This document shows, piece by piece, positions 43,893 to 56,400 of a stretch of 64,000 bases of DNA. The stretch covers positions 33,728,001 to 33,792,000 of the forward strand of contig OX597829.1 of assembly GCA_951406725.2 (NCBI GenBank), read 5' to 3'. Below the pieces are notes generated by a model. The model was not told where the DNA came from. It did no database searches and was given only the letters and a program-made list of their open reading frames with translations. The first letter of the stretch is position 1. Each line of letters begins with the position of its first letter. The DNA comes from Octopus vulgaris (taxonomy: Eukaryota). The translations under genes were made by a program, and so were the position numbers.

Positions 43893-44228
43893 ATTATATA
43901 ATATTAATTTGAGACAAAACCACTATTTCGCAAAACAAACAAGGAAAGACTTAATCAATACATAAAAATTTTTAATATAAAGTAAATAAACCGCCACTAC
44001 AATTGTTTCATGTCTTCAAATGACAGTCAGGTGGATTTCCGATCTTCTAATCCATAAATTAAAACTGATTAGAAGATCGGAAATCCACCTGACGAATGTC
44101 ATTTGAAGACATGAAACAATTGTAGTGGCGGTTTATTTACTTTATATTAAAAATTTTTATGTATTGATTAAGTCTTTCCTTGTTTGTTTTGCAAAATAGT
44201 GGTTTTGTCTTGAATTAATATTATATAT
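43893..44228. repeat. Near-perfect fold-back palindrome (~160-bp arms) from a PLE 3' end
   Basis: 43893-44052 is the reverse complement of 44067-44228; right end runs into (TA)n. Confidence 0.9.
44085..44128 (+). ncRNA. Minimal type I hammerhead ribozyme with intact consensus
   Basis: ccac CTGACGA atgtc-atttgaa-gacat GAAA caattg TA gtgg: stems I and II pair fully, palindromic stem III, GUA cleavage triplet. Confidence 0.85.
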
Positions 44229-44411
44229 ATATATATATATACCGGAGTAAACACATAAATGTGAAACAAGGTGGAAAAAAAGAGTACTCAAATACCAGTG
44301 TAACAGGTTTTGTTGAATTTTCTGCTGCTTTAAATAAAGCGTATTACTCTACCACTGGTATTTGAGTACTCTTTTTTTCCACCTTGTTTCACATTTATAT
44401 GTTTACTCCAG

Positions 44412-44446
<35 letters not shown>

Positions 44447-44846
44447 TGTGTGTGTGTGTGTATATACTCTCACTCAACATCAAGTCTTGTGTGGGAAGGA
44501 TACTCTTCAGGTTAATAGGCAAACATTTCACGTAGACACACAGATACGGACGTTTATTCAACAGGTACAAACTAAGGGTCTCTTTTAGTTGTGCATCCAA
44601 CATGAAGAGTATATTAGCAAACACCCATAAAATATGAGAAGAGGCAGTTTGCTCTTGCAGGGTGTATAATGACTGTCCAGTGGAAGGCCAATGCAAGGCT
44701 GATGGAACAGCAACAGATCATCCAACAATATTGACAGCATCGGAGGCAGTGACAGTGGCAGAAACACCAGCACTGTCGCCAATGACCCCAGTACCAGGTC
44801 TACAGCCAGAGAAGATGACCATACCAACAGCAGCAGCACCAGCAAG

Positions 44847-45227
44847 TGGAGGCGCAATGGCTCAGTGGTTAGGGCAGTGGACTCGCGATCGGAGGATCGT
44901 GGTTTCGATTTCCAGACCGGGCGTTATGTGTGTTTATTGAGCAAAAACACCTAAAGCTCCAGAAGCCTCCAGCAGGGGGGGGGGGCAACCCCTGTTGTAC
45001 TCTTTCGCCCCAACTTTCTCTTACTCTTTCTTCCTGTTTCTTGTCCCTGACTTCCTATGCAACCGCTGAGCCTGGATGCATATTCATCCATTCGTCGATG
45101 CTCTCGGTGTCGAGGTTTGACCTGCTTTCTCTTCTGCAGGTCTTACGAATAGCAAAGGACCATGTTTCGAACTTCTCCCATCTTGCAAGCTTTGGGACAA
45201 AGACCGTTCGCTCAACAGCAACGGCAA
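44847..45227 (+). mobile_element. tRNA-derived SINE with 16-bp TSD, CpG-rich (probably young)
   Basis: A box tggctcagtgg, B box gtttcgattt; cagcagcaccagcaag at 44831-44846 and 45228-45243. Confidence 0.9.
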
Positions 45228-45984
45228 CAGCAGCACCAGCAAGGCTACTGACCCCACACCCAACATTACCAATGATGGCACCCACATCATCACCAATGAT
45301 AATAGCACCAACCCTACAACCAGAGACAACCATCACAATGACAACAACCACAGCAACAGCAGCCATAGCAGCATCACAAGACCCATCATGATGATAACAG
45401 CACTGACAGCAGCCCCAACAGCACCAGTGACAACAACAACATCCTCAGGCCTGGAGTTAACCAAAGATACACCAGTAATGTGAACACAACCAACACCCAA
45501 GCCTGGAAATATATTAGGTCAACTGGGATGGCATTCAAGCTATGCTTGAACAATGACAGGTCTTCCTTCAGAGTCCTGGAAAGACAATATGTCACATCCC
45601 TGGCCAGCTATGGGTGGCACCCCAAAAATGAAGGGACCCCATATGATGTCAAGTCGAGACCTTACATCAATGGGAATGTATGGTGCAAGCTTTGCATAGC
45701 CAAGTGAGCTAAACCTGAGTCACTGAATATTCACCAAAAAGTTTTCACACCATGTATACATTTTCAGTGCTACTTGCTGGAAACATGTGATTCCCCATTT
45801 GTTGATTAAACAAAGAAAAAGCAGCCCGTGGGATAAATCCTTTGTTCCCTTCTTCCAGCCCACAAATAGCTTGTCTAGGGGAGATAACGCATCTTCACTG
45901 ACACTGGACTATTTATTCTTTGATGACCAATGACCATAACAAACTTTTGCCTCCCACAGGTGAAAAGTTAAATTTATCTTCGGA

Positions 45985-46048
45985 CCAGAGCCTGATGAGT
46001 CATCCACAAGGATACAGCCTTCATGGATGTGAAACCATTGGTCACTCT
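45985..46048 (+). ncRNA. Type I hammerhead motif, degenerate
   Basis: agagc CTGATGA gtcatcca...tggatgt GAAA cc-att-gg TC actct; the mismatches next to the core are CpG-type transitions. Confidence 0.65.
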
Positions 46049-46744
46049 ATGACAAGACGTTAACTTTATTACTTATATGTGTGGTTAATTCCGAAATCGA
46101 TTCAATGTTGAGATAACGAAATTTAAACATTCCAATGGTTAGTTGCCCGAATTTCAGTTCAATTTTCTGTAGCAAGCAGATTAAATGTGGAATATCAGTA
46201 TATTGGCTTTAGAATAATCTTCTTTAGCCCTTGCTTATAAGATATATATATATATAATGGAGAAATTGTACAAAATATATAAATGGATGATGAGTAAAGC
46301 AACAGCACAGTTTCAATTACCTGTTGTTATCCTTAGACTTACTGCCGGGACTTCATAGTGGTGGTTGGATTAATAATATTAATACTGTTACTATAGAATA
46401 TGTATGAGTATTTCTCAGCATATGAAACTGTTAGTAGCACTTAAAAACATGTATTATGCCCTTTAAATAAATAATATTTATCTCCCATCATATGAAGTTC
46501 TTTTTTGTTCAATTTTCTATCACAAAACAGTACATTATATATGTATATATATCTACACACACACACATGTATATATATATATGCATACACACATACACAT
46601 GCACACACACACATGCACATGCATACATACATATACACACATACCTTTATGCATACATGCATATACATATACACAATCACACATACATACATAAGTTCAT
46701 ACATATAGTTGCATATAACTATTTTGACAACAAAAAGTGAAAAC

Positions 46745-47625
46745 ATCATCATCATCATCTTCATTTAACGTCCGCTTTCCATGCTAGCATGGGTTGGACG
46801 ATTTGACTGAGGACTGGCTAACCAGGCTCCAATCTAATCTGGCAGAGTTTCTACAGCTGGATGCCCTTCCTATTGCCAACCACTGTGAGAGTGTAGTGGG
46901 TGCTTTTACATGCCACCGGCATGAGGGCCAGTCAGGCAGTACTGGTAACGGCCACGCTCAAATGGTGCTTTTTATGTGCCACCTGCACAGGAGCCAGTCC
47001 AACGGCACTGGCAACGACCTCGCTTGAATGTTTTTTCACATGCCACCAGCAAAAGTGCCAGTAAGGCAACACAGGTAACAATCATGCTCGAATGGTGCTT
47101 TTTACGTGCCACCAGCACGGAGACCAGCTTGTTGCTCTGGCAATGATCACGCACGTATGGTACTCTTAGCTCTCCACTACCACTGATGCCTGTCATCAAA
47201 TTTGATTTCGATTTCGATTTCATTTGCCTCAACAGGTCTTTGCAAGCAGAGTTTAGTGTCCAATGAAGGAAAGGTATGCATAAGTGGGCTGGTAACACCC
47301 CTGGCATAGGCCACAAGGTTATGATCTCACTTGAGCTTGCCGAGTCTTCTCAAGCACAGCATATTTCCAAAGGTCCTGGTCACTAGTCATTGCCTCAGTA
47401 AGGCCCAATGTTCAAAGGTCATGCTTCACCACCTCATCCCAGGTCTTCCTGGGTCTACCTCTGCTACAGGTTCCCTCAATCACTAGGGTGTGGCACTTTT
47501 TCACACAGCTATCCATATCTGTTCTCGCCACATGGCCATACCAGTGTAGTTGTCTCTCTTGCACACCACATCAGATGCTTCTTAAGTCCAACTTTTCTCT
47601 CAAGGTACTAACATTCTGTCGAGTA
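46745..47625 (-). mobile_element. RTE LINE 3' end (ORF C-terminus, repeat-containing 3'UTR, GAT tail)
   Basis: WYGHVART...GRPRKTWDEVVKHDL followed by the UTR and (GAT)n. Confidence 0.85.
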
Positions 47626-49220
47626 TGACATTACATATCCATCGGAGCAAACTGGACAAGTGGGTACCACACAAACTGAACAAGCGTCAAATGACACATT
47701 GTCTTGAAACTTGCTGTTCTTTGCTGTCACAACATAAAAGTAAACCCTTTTTTTACATTGTATTGTTATGTGATGAAAAATGGATTCTTTGCAACAATAG
47801 CAAGTGTTCTGTATGGTGGTTGGATAGAGATGAAGTGCTAAAACACAATCTAAAAAAGAATATTCACCAAACAAAGATATTGGTGTCTGTTTGGTGGTCC
47901 AGCACTGGTGTCATCCTCTACAGCTTCCTGAGACCTGGTAAGTCAATTACAGTAGATGTATACATCAGCCAACTGGATGAAATGATGAGTGATCTTGCAT
48001 TTAAACAACCGAGATTGGTCAATATAGACAGGCCAATTCTCTTGCAAGACAGTGCTTGACCACATGTTGCACAAAGAACACTACTCAAGTTACAGGAACT
48101 GAACTTGGAAGTACTCTGTCATCCACTATATTCACCAGACTTTGCACGAACTGACTATCACATTTTCTAGGCATTAGACAACTTTTTGCAAGGAAAAACT
48201 TCAAATCTGAAGAAGATGCAAAAACAGCCTTTTGTGATTTCATCACCTCTTACTCTCCAGAATTCTTCACTGCCAGCATAAATAAGCTACCAATAAAATG
48301 GCAAAATTGTGTTGATAATTTAGGTGCATACTTTGATTAACTGCATAGCTTTTTGTTGAGATAAAGTAAAATAAACTTTCAGTTCAAACTCAGACATTTC
48401 ATCTCTATATATAAACGGCAGTTTGTCTGTCTGTGTGTCTGTGTGTCTGTCAGGTTGTACCCTCACCCTGACCACAGCTTTCAACCGATTCTGATAAAAC
48501 TTGACACACACATAGCCCAATGTCATAATTCAAAACTAACGCAGTGAAAATTTTGAAAAGTTCCCCCAGTTCTGAAAAAAAATCGATAAATAAGACATGG
48601 GTCGAGAATCTAAGCTTTTTATATGCAACACATTTTCTACAGACTGTCTAGGGGACGCAACTCGACCTTTTTAACTCTCGGAACACGTGGGGTAAGTATC
48701 CCAAAATGTATAAAAATGTACAAAAACGGCAAAAAAGCGGGCAGCAATGTGAGTGACAACAACGAAAAAGTCAAAAGTGACAAAACTGAATAAACGAATG
48801 GAAAAGGTTTTTTGATGCACACGACAAAAGCGGTTTATAATAAACCAAGAGTTTGCAAGTAGCGTCCGAGGACCCTTAGGGTACGTCAAAAATTTAAGGT
48901 AAAACGTTTGGGGTGGTAGTTATAAAGAAAGTGTAAACAAAAAAAGTATTCGAATAACTTGCAACTGCAGCAGCTATTAGCAGAAGTGGCGTTGGGGGTA
49001 AAGTCTCGAATGTAATTTCTTCCTGGTAGGAATTGATTGGGTTGAATTATCGATAGCTGTTTGATAGTTATTTGGGAGTGAAGAGAAGACATTGCAACCT
49101 ACACAAGCGCCTTCGTTCCCAAGCGGGAAAGGACTAGATTGGGATTAGTCGTTGCCTACTAGGGGCTCTTACATACCCGGGCAACGCCGGGCTATGCTGC
49201 TAGTTCTTAATAACCTTATA
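47625..49220 (+). mobile_element. Mariner (DD34D-type) transposase remnant; terminal repeat split by a Helitron
   Basis: KWVPHKL, CDEKWI, LLQDSA*PH, LYSPDFARTDYHIF; terminal sequence cagacatttca | ttcttaataacctta. Confidence 0.85.
48402..49203 (+). mobile_element. Non-autonomous Helitron
   Basis: A|TC 5' end, subterminal hairpin cccgg-gcaacg-ccggg (49176-49191), CTAG|T 3' end, no TSD. Confidence 0.85.
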
Positions 49221-49339
49221 ACTGATCCTCCTGTATTTTATTTTACCCAAAGCCAGGAACTTTTCAGCATGCCCTCATAAGCATTGGATAATTGATTCCT
49301 TGTGCTTGTTAATACAGTTTCTACTGTTCTGTACTGTAT

Positions 49340-49496
49340 GACGAACACAAATTACTGATCAAGACAGTGTGTATTTTATATTGTTATCTTTTAACTCCCA
49401 AATGAGAATTGCGAAGGATGTATTGTTAGAGTTACTTTTATATTTGAAAGAAGAAATGTGGTTATAATACTTTAATTCATAGATGTGGCATCCATA

Positions 49497-49539
<43 letters not shown>

Positions 49540-51595
49540 TGTTGTTGTTGTTGTTGTTGTATTAATATTCTTACAATTATTATTATTACCAGGATAATAA
49601 TAGTTATTAATGTTATTTTTTTCATAATTTAAAGAAGATATATTATCACCTACACTAAGCAGTGTGGTGTTTTTCTAATAGTAGAAAGAATAGAAAAGGT
49701 ATTTTAGTGGATATATGACTACTAAACAAAACATTGTACCATATAATTTTTCTGTTAATTGATTCACTAGATCTGTAACATTTATTATTTTATTAATTAT
49801 TTATTTATTAGTAGGGTTATTATAGTAATGATTATTATTATTAGAATCATATTTATTGTTATTAAATTTATTGCTGTGGTTATTATTATGTGAGTTATCA
49901 GCTTAATCATTATTTTGTGTATTTTTCGATTAATAAATTTTACAATATTCTGTGTTAATGGAATCATTTTTTTAATTTATTGTTTTATTATTTGTAGTAC
50001 CTAATTGTTGTTTATCATTTGTATCATTTCTATTTTATCTTTATATCGAACTCTAGAAAGAACTGAATTACAGTAGTTAGTATTATAAAAATAGGATTAC
50101 ACGCGGTCGTATCGTATAGGGAATACAATCGCACACGATCCCATTCTTAATGAAATATTACAGACCATATAATACATACAGCGGCAATAGAACACAAGTG
50201 GAATGACAACAAGATTTCTTTTTGAGATATATACATTATTTATTTTACATATTTTACAATCATGTTGGTTGGAAGTTTGTAAGTGTTAGCATGTTTTTGT
50301 GTCTGTGTGTTCGTGAGGCATAAAAGGTACTGACCAGAGAAATAACAATGGAATTTGGTTCACAGTTCATGTTGTTGGTATCAGCTAGCAACAGGTAGTA
50401 GCAGATGGCTTAAGGTAGTTCTTAGAAGAACTAGAACTCAAGACAAATAATTGATTTACCGTTTATGAGGTACACGGAGTGTAAGAGTTCCATATCAAGA
50501 TGTTGCGTCTCGTAGTTGAGATTAATTGAATCACTTGTTGTGTTTATCTTTCTCTTGATATGAATATACTTCCAGATATATTAACTGTAGCCATTTTTCC
50601 CGTGGTGATATTTTCACCTAACCGCTATAGTTGAATCTGTAGTTGTCTTGTGTACAAATTAAACCTTCGTAGACAGAGACGATGTTTGGCGATGAGTTGT
50701 GTCTGTCGCTTGGTTTTTGCTGCGTCTTCATTATATATTCTGCTTGGTTATTTTTCTCTTGATATAATGGTGGTCGCTTGCCTTTTGAACTGGAACATGG
50801 TCGAGTATGCTCTGTGTGGTCAGAGGTCCGCACTGAAAAGGACTGTAACCTAAGACGAGCTCTGTGGTCAGAGGTTAGCCCTGAGAAGGACTAGAACCAA
50901 AGACGAACTCTGTGGTCAGAGGTTCGCCCTGAGAAGGACTTGAACCAAAGACGAAAAATGTCTGAGGACATTTCCTTATATAAGGTTTATGTGGCTCAAA
51001 ACGAACTTCAGAAATTGGCTGCTTGGAACAAATGGCACGGAAATAAGCGGAGGCAAATCACGTCACGTGACGACCAGCGGTGCGAACGTAGTAGAGACCA
51101 TGTGTCAGCCAATCGGATTAGTGTTTACAACAATGTTAAACTAGCCGAAGATGTTTGTAATCTCGAACGAGATTATTCTTAATACTCTTCTCAAACAGTG
51201 AAGATAGCAATGAGTGTAACGATATTGCTACAGTATGATAGGAAAAAATATCTTTATTATCTGAAATTTTAGAAATACAATGTGAAATGCCATTTATAAT
51301 TTCATGTAGATTTGATGTTTTTTTTGTGTATGTATTGAAGATTTTCATTAATTTTGTGACAAGGTTTATATGAACAGAGTTTAAATAAAAAGAGACATCT
51401 AAAAAATCAGCTGTTTTATGATTCAAACCCACAATAGTTGAAGTATTTTCTTAATTTTTTGGTCACATTCAATTTCTACATTATTATATCTATAAAGTAA
51501 AAAAAGAGTCATCCCTACATTGACAACCTTGAATAGAATGGAATTCCTCTTTAATATTATCTAATAAACACAATCCCACAAGTTCTGCCTTCTTT
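49340..51595 (-). mobile_element. Naiad-type PLE remnant with AAT-rich linkers, interrupted by a 1.15-kb insert
   Basis: AELVGLCLLD...CRDDS, ADFLDVSF, RKIIWYNV, YYNHISSFKY...TSFAILIWELKDNNI. Confidence 0.8.
50076..51228 (-). mobile_element. Candidate solo LTR
   Basis: Flanked by tacagta (50069-50075, 51229-51235); CCAAT, gtcacgtgac, TATA near 50975-50985, three ~48-bp tandem repeats at 50810-50955, minus-strand AATAAA near 50240. Confidence 0.55.
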
Positions 51596-52959
51596 ATTAT
51601 TACAACCCCACTCAATTGAGGGAATTTTTTCTGTGTCTTGCAGGTTACTTGATGATCTCATAAGGCTGGTGTTACAGAAAAAAGCACCTGGGGGGTACTC
51701 TATGAAGTTGGTGGCATTAGGAAGAGCATCCAGCCACAGAAACTATGTCAAAGCTAACTATGGAACTTGATGTAGTCCCCTGATTTGTTGAATCCTGTTC
51801 AAAACATGCAAGCATGGAAGAAAGATGATGATGATGATTTTTATTAACTAGATCTATTACTGAAAGTTTATAACTATTAAATAATGTATATGTTAACTCT
51901 TTAATCATGAAATCTAGAACATCCAGAAATGTAATTTTCTGTCATTTTCATTTATTATATCCTAATCAAGTACATAATTCATTTAAAACATAAAATCCAA
52001 CTTCATAATGTTTATTGCCAAGTCTATAATAATAATAGAAATGTGTTTGCATAGGTATTATCATTAGAAATGAATGAAGTGAATTTTCAAAGACGTTTTG
52101 CTTTCTTATTTTACCTTTAAATATACACATTCATCCCCAAGAATATTGAAATTTTTTTGTTCACAACCAAGATAAGGATCTCTCATTATTATATGAATTT
52201 AATATCTATAACATCTCTTACATTCAGTGAAGATTCAAGCCAAAGTTTCCTACACTATCTATAAGCAATAGTTTTGCAATATACAAATACCTGTACTCAG
52301 TGGTGAGCTGCCAAAATTTTAACCAATGCTTCGAGATAAAATACTACAAATATGACAATAAAATATTGGCAATCCTTTAGAAAGATTGGCAATATTGGAT
52401 ACCAAATTAATTACAAATTACTTTCATTTTGTCATTGAACATTTTGTTTACTGAATACACTTACATCTTTTAGCTATAAACAAATACACTGGAAGTGTTA
52501 ATTATTTATGTCTGTCTCACAGTGAAGATCATATTTGAAACTAAATTGGAAAATAATCTATACATAGAATAAATGAATATTAAAACATGATATTTTAGAT
52601 TATAAAAAGAAATAAAGTTTATATTTTTCATTTAAGAACAGTAAATCAATGATATAAACAATTCATATAAACTAATACAATGATATAAACTACTACAACT
52701 CAGCAACATTCAGAAGGAAATGAAATTACAGATGTGACTTTTGTAAGAAAGTAATGTGAAAATAAAGAACTGATATCATGAAATATTCATTTATTTTATT
52801 TCACTTTCTTTTCCCTTTTATTTCTGCATGGCCAAATCATCTTTTGGAGCAATTGAAACTGGTAGAAATGCATATACTTTCATTTTTATTTATCCATAAT
52901 AAAGTTCTCAAAGCATTTTCTTCTTTCTGTTTATTAATATGAATTTACCCACATAATAG

Positions 52960-53290
52960 GTGCAGGCATAGCTGCGTGGTAAGAAGCTTGCTTCCCAACC
53001 ACATGGCTCCAGGTTCAGTCCCACTGCATGGTACTTTGGGAAAGTGTCCTCTGACAAAGCTGATCAAAACCTTGTGAGTGAATTTAGTAGATGAAAACTG
53101 AAAGAAGCCTATCATATATGTATGTATATATACATATATATTTATATATGTACGTATACATACATATGTGTGTGTGTTTTTGTGTCTGTGTTTGTTCCTC
53201 ATCGCTGCTTGACAACTGGTGTTTGTGCATTTATGTCCTCCTAACTAAGTGGTTCAGTAAAAGAGACCAACAGAATAAGTACCAGGCTTA
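52960..53290 (+). mobile_element. SINE with internal microsatellite
   Basis: gtggtaagaagcttgcttcccaaccacatggctccaggttcagtccc head; second copy at 58130-58415. Confidence 0.75.
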
Positions 53291-53848
53291 AAAAAGTACA
53301 TATGTATATACCATCATCATCATCATCATTGTTTAATGTCTGCCTACCATGCTGGCATGAGTGGAATGGTTTGAGAGCCAGCCAAGCCGAAGCCTGCACC
53401 AGACTTCTGTGATTGTTTTGGCAGGAATTTTACAACTGGATGCTCTTCCAAACACCAACCACTCAGCAGATTGGACTTAGTGCTTTTTATGTGGCATAAG
53501 CACAGGCAAAGTCAGTTTTGGAAAGGTTTTACAGCTGCATGCCCTTCCAAATGCCAACCACTTTACAGTGTGCACTAAATGCTTTTTAAGTGGCACCTGC
53601 ACTGTCAGGGTCACCAAGTACCTTGCAAAACAAAAAAATATTTTTGAGAGTGGAGGGAGCATTGGAGATCCAAACTGAGGGAGTGGAAGAAGTAAATTCC
53701 AGGCTAGATGTGTTTCCTAGCCGGCAGATCCTCTGATGTAAAAATTACTCAATGAGGGATACTCAGCTAGTGTCTCATCAAACCAAAGATACCTTAATTA
53801 TATGTCACTAAGAATTCCCAAGTTAACTCACCAAAGATAAAATTTGAA

Positions 53849-53902
<54 letters not shown>

Positions 53903-54319
53903 AGTGGCAACTCCAGCTCTCAGGCTGTTCGGGCTTGGCCCGACCATAAATTTAGTAAAGTGAACATGTATTTTCAAGCTGATTTAATTTCTGCCAACAC
54001 TGACTTCAAGTATGTAATTTCAGTCAATAAGTTGGGCTCATTTTATTGAGCCTGGTTGCAGTCTATTTATTTTCGTTCAGCATCTGATGGTCATCTTAGA
54101 GGTGCCCTATGTCAAAAAATATCATTCATAGCAGACATTCTTTCAACATCGTTCACATGTGCCAGACTCGGACTCAGAAGTTACAGTCTGAGTTGTTATC
54201 CATAATCATAAAAATTAAAAGTAATTCAAATTCAATTTTTTCTTGAAACAATAAATTTCTATAGCAATTAGGAAATAAGTCCCAATCTATGAAAAGTTTC
54301 CATTCTACAATATTCTTAA

Positions 54320-55710
54320 AGGAATGAAAAATTATCCAATACAACAATCCCATCTCTCCACTTGCAGTTATCATCTGCACACTTACTTCTGATGGACCAG
54401 CGCCTTTCCTGTTTTCATTTCCTTCATTGCCTCCACTACCTCTTCCCAACTAACCCTCTCCACTGGCCCCTTCACCACCACAGCTTCCACCCTCTGATCC
54501 TATTCATTCTCCTCATTCATAATTTCCTCCATATGCTCTTTCTAAACTCTTCCCCTATCCTTCTCACTAAAATTCAACCTTCCATCACTCCCTCTCATAC
54601 GTCTTCCACCTTCAACATTTCTTCCATCTTTTTTCATTGATTTAAACCTAAACACTCTATCTGGGTTTTCATCCAGTCCATTCAACTTCTCCTCAGCCTC
54701 CTTCTTTATTAACCTTGCAACCACCCTCTTTGCACAATTCTTTGTTATTATACCTTTCTTTCATTTGCTCTGTCCTATTATTATATAAAGCTTTGTGCGC
54801 CCCCTTCTTTCTTGCTATCACATCCCTCACCTCCTTGTTCCACCACCACATATCTCCTCGATCTCTCCTATCTTTCATCCTTCCACACACTTTGTCACAT
54901 GCCTTTAGTACCTCTTCCTTAAAAGACTTCCACAAATCCAGTGCATCAATGCTTACCAACTCCTCAACTCTCTCCTCAAACCTTGCTCTTGTTTAATCTT
55001 CCTTCAGTTTCCACATCTTTCACCTCTCAACCAATCCCTTTCTCACACACTTTTTTACTTCCTTCTTATCCAAGTCAGCAATCACCAACCCGTACTGCAA
55101 CTCTCCTGGTATTGTCTTCACATCTCTCAGATATTTTCTGTTTTTCCTGCCCACCAACATGAAATCAATCTCTGTCTCATTCCCGCCTGTACTGAAAGTC
55201 ACCTTCCTTTTCTCTGTTTTCCTAAACCATGTGTTCACCACACACAACTCCATCACATCATAAAACTCCAACAGCATTCTTCCTTCCAAATTTCTCTTCC
55301 CAATTCCATTTCCCCCATGCACACCCATTTCCCAACATGTCCATTAAAATCACCCATGCCCAAAACCAATTCATCTATCTTATGTAAGTCCCACTCGTCA
55401 TTTCATCAAAGAACCACTCTTTCTCAATGATCCCTCTTCCACTTTGCAGACTATACCCACAAATCACTCTCACCACTTCTTCCACAAATGCTAATACTTC
55501 TGTCATCATTCTGTCACTCTTTCTCCTGACCTCCACCACCTTCTCACAAATTTCTTCCTTCACCAAAACTCCCACACCTCCAGTCCTCTTGCCATTTCCC
55601 AACTACCACAACTTGTACCTTCTTCTCTTGACCCCACAAATCTTGCACCCTGGCCCCTCCACCCAGCCTCCTGCACATAGCATACATCCACCCTCGTCTT
55701 CTTCAATTCC
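54320..55710 (-). mobile_element. RTE LINE endonuclease + linker fragment
   Basis: GGVGVLVKEE, MGDFNGHVG, RNLEGRMLLEF, TEIDFMLV, MWWWNKEV. Confidence 0.85.
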
Positions 55711-55729
55711 TCACACACCTATATATATA

Positions 55730-56400
55730 CACAGGGGGGAGGGAGAGTAAATTGTTGCCATTTAATATTTTTAATTTTGAGGATGTGCAAAGTTTTTTGA
55801 TTTTGATTTTGTTGACTACACAGTATAGTAGGTCAGTTGGGCATCATCTGTGAAAAAGAACAGCACCACAACGCATTTCACTCAGTCAGAAATTTGGAAA
55901 CATGCTGTACTGCTTGGTATTCACACCAGAAGCTCCAAGTGAACCTTTTAGAGTGTCTGGCATCAAGCTGAGGACATGCACTGAGAATGATAAAAATCAA
56001 ACATCCACTCAACATCATGGTGTTTAGACTGATCACTAGTGATGGCAACGTTATGCTGCCATTGATCTTTCTACATGGTCTCAGACTTAATGCAGAGGCC
56101 TACATCAAGTGCCTGGAGGAGGTAGTGTTGCTCTGGGTCAAGAGAGTGGTACTGGAAGACCTTATGTCTAGCAACAGGACTCTGCACCATACCACACAAG
56201 CAGGGAGAACCCAATCATAGACAATTTCTGTGACCACATCATCCCTAACGTCTGGCCACCTAACTGCCCAGACTGCAACCCTCTTGATTATTATGTGCGG
56301 GGTGCAGTTAACTGAGAGACCATCGAAACTCCTTGTAACACCAAAGAACTGAAGGTAAGTATTATGGCAGTATTCATCAACTTAAACAAGGAGACCAACC
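55730..56400 (+). mobile_element. maT (DD37D) transposon remnant with internal deletion
   Basis: KHPLNIMVF...WPPNCPDCNPLDYY. Confidence 0.75.

Larger units (their letters stand above)
44480..46075 (+). mobile_element. Naiad-type PLE 3' portion (linker, knuckle, GIY-YIG, 3' repeat)
   Basis: FNRYKLRVSFSCASNM, CSCRVYNDCPVEGQC, WKYIRSTGMAFKL, CKLCIAK. Confidence 0.8.

Noticed and set aside
44847-44925. tRNA genes at SINE heads (also ~835-908 and 62772-62840)
   Set aside because: No complete cloverleaf or Pol III terminator seen; they continue into SINE or PLE bodies
50810-50955. Regularly spaced repeats (also 13812-13925 and RTE 3'UTRs) as CRISPR arrays
   Set aside because: Tandem units without unique spacers, eukaryotic context, no cas genes
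52295-52385. Minus-strand YFIVIFVVFYLEALVKILA resembling an ion-channel S2 helix
   Set aside because: In-frame stop three codons later and no usable splice donor before it
53930-54320. Possible hAT dimerisation-domain remnant on the minus strand
   Set aside because: Similarity too weak and split over several frames
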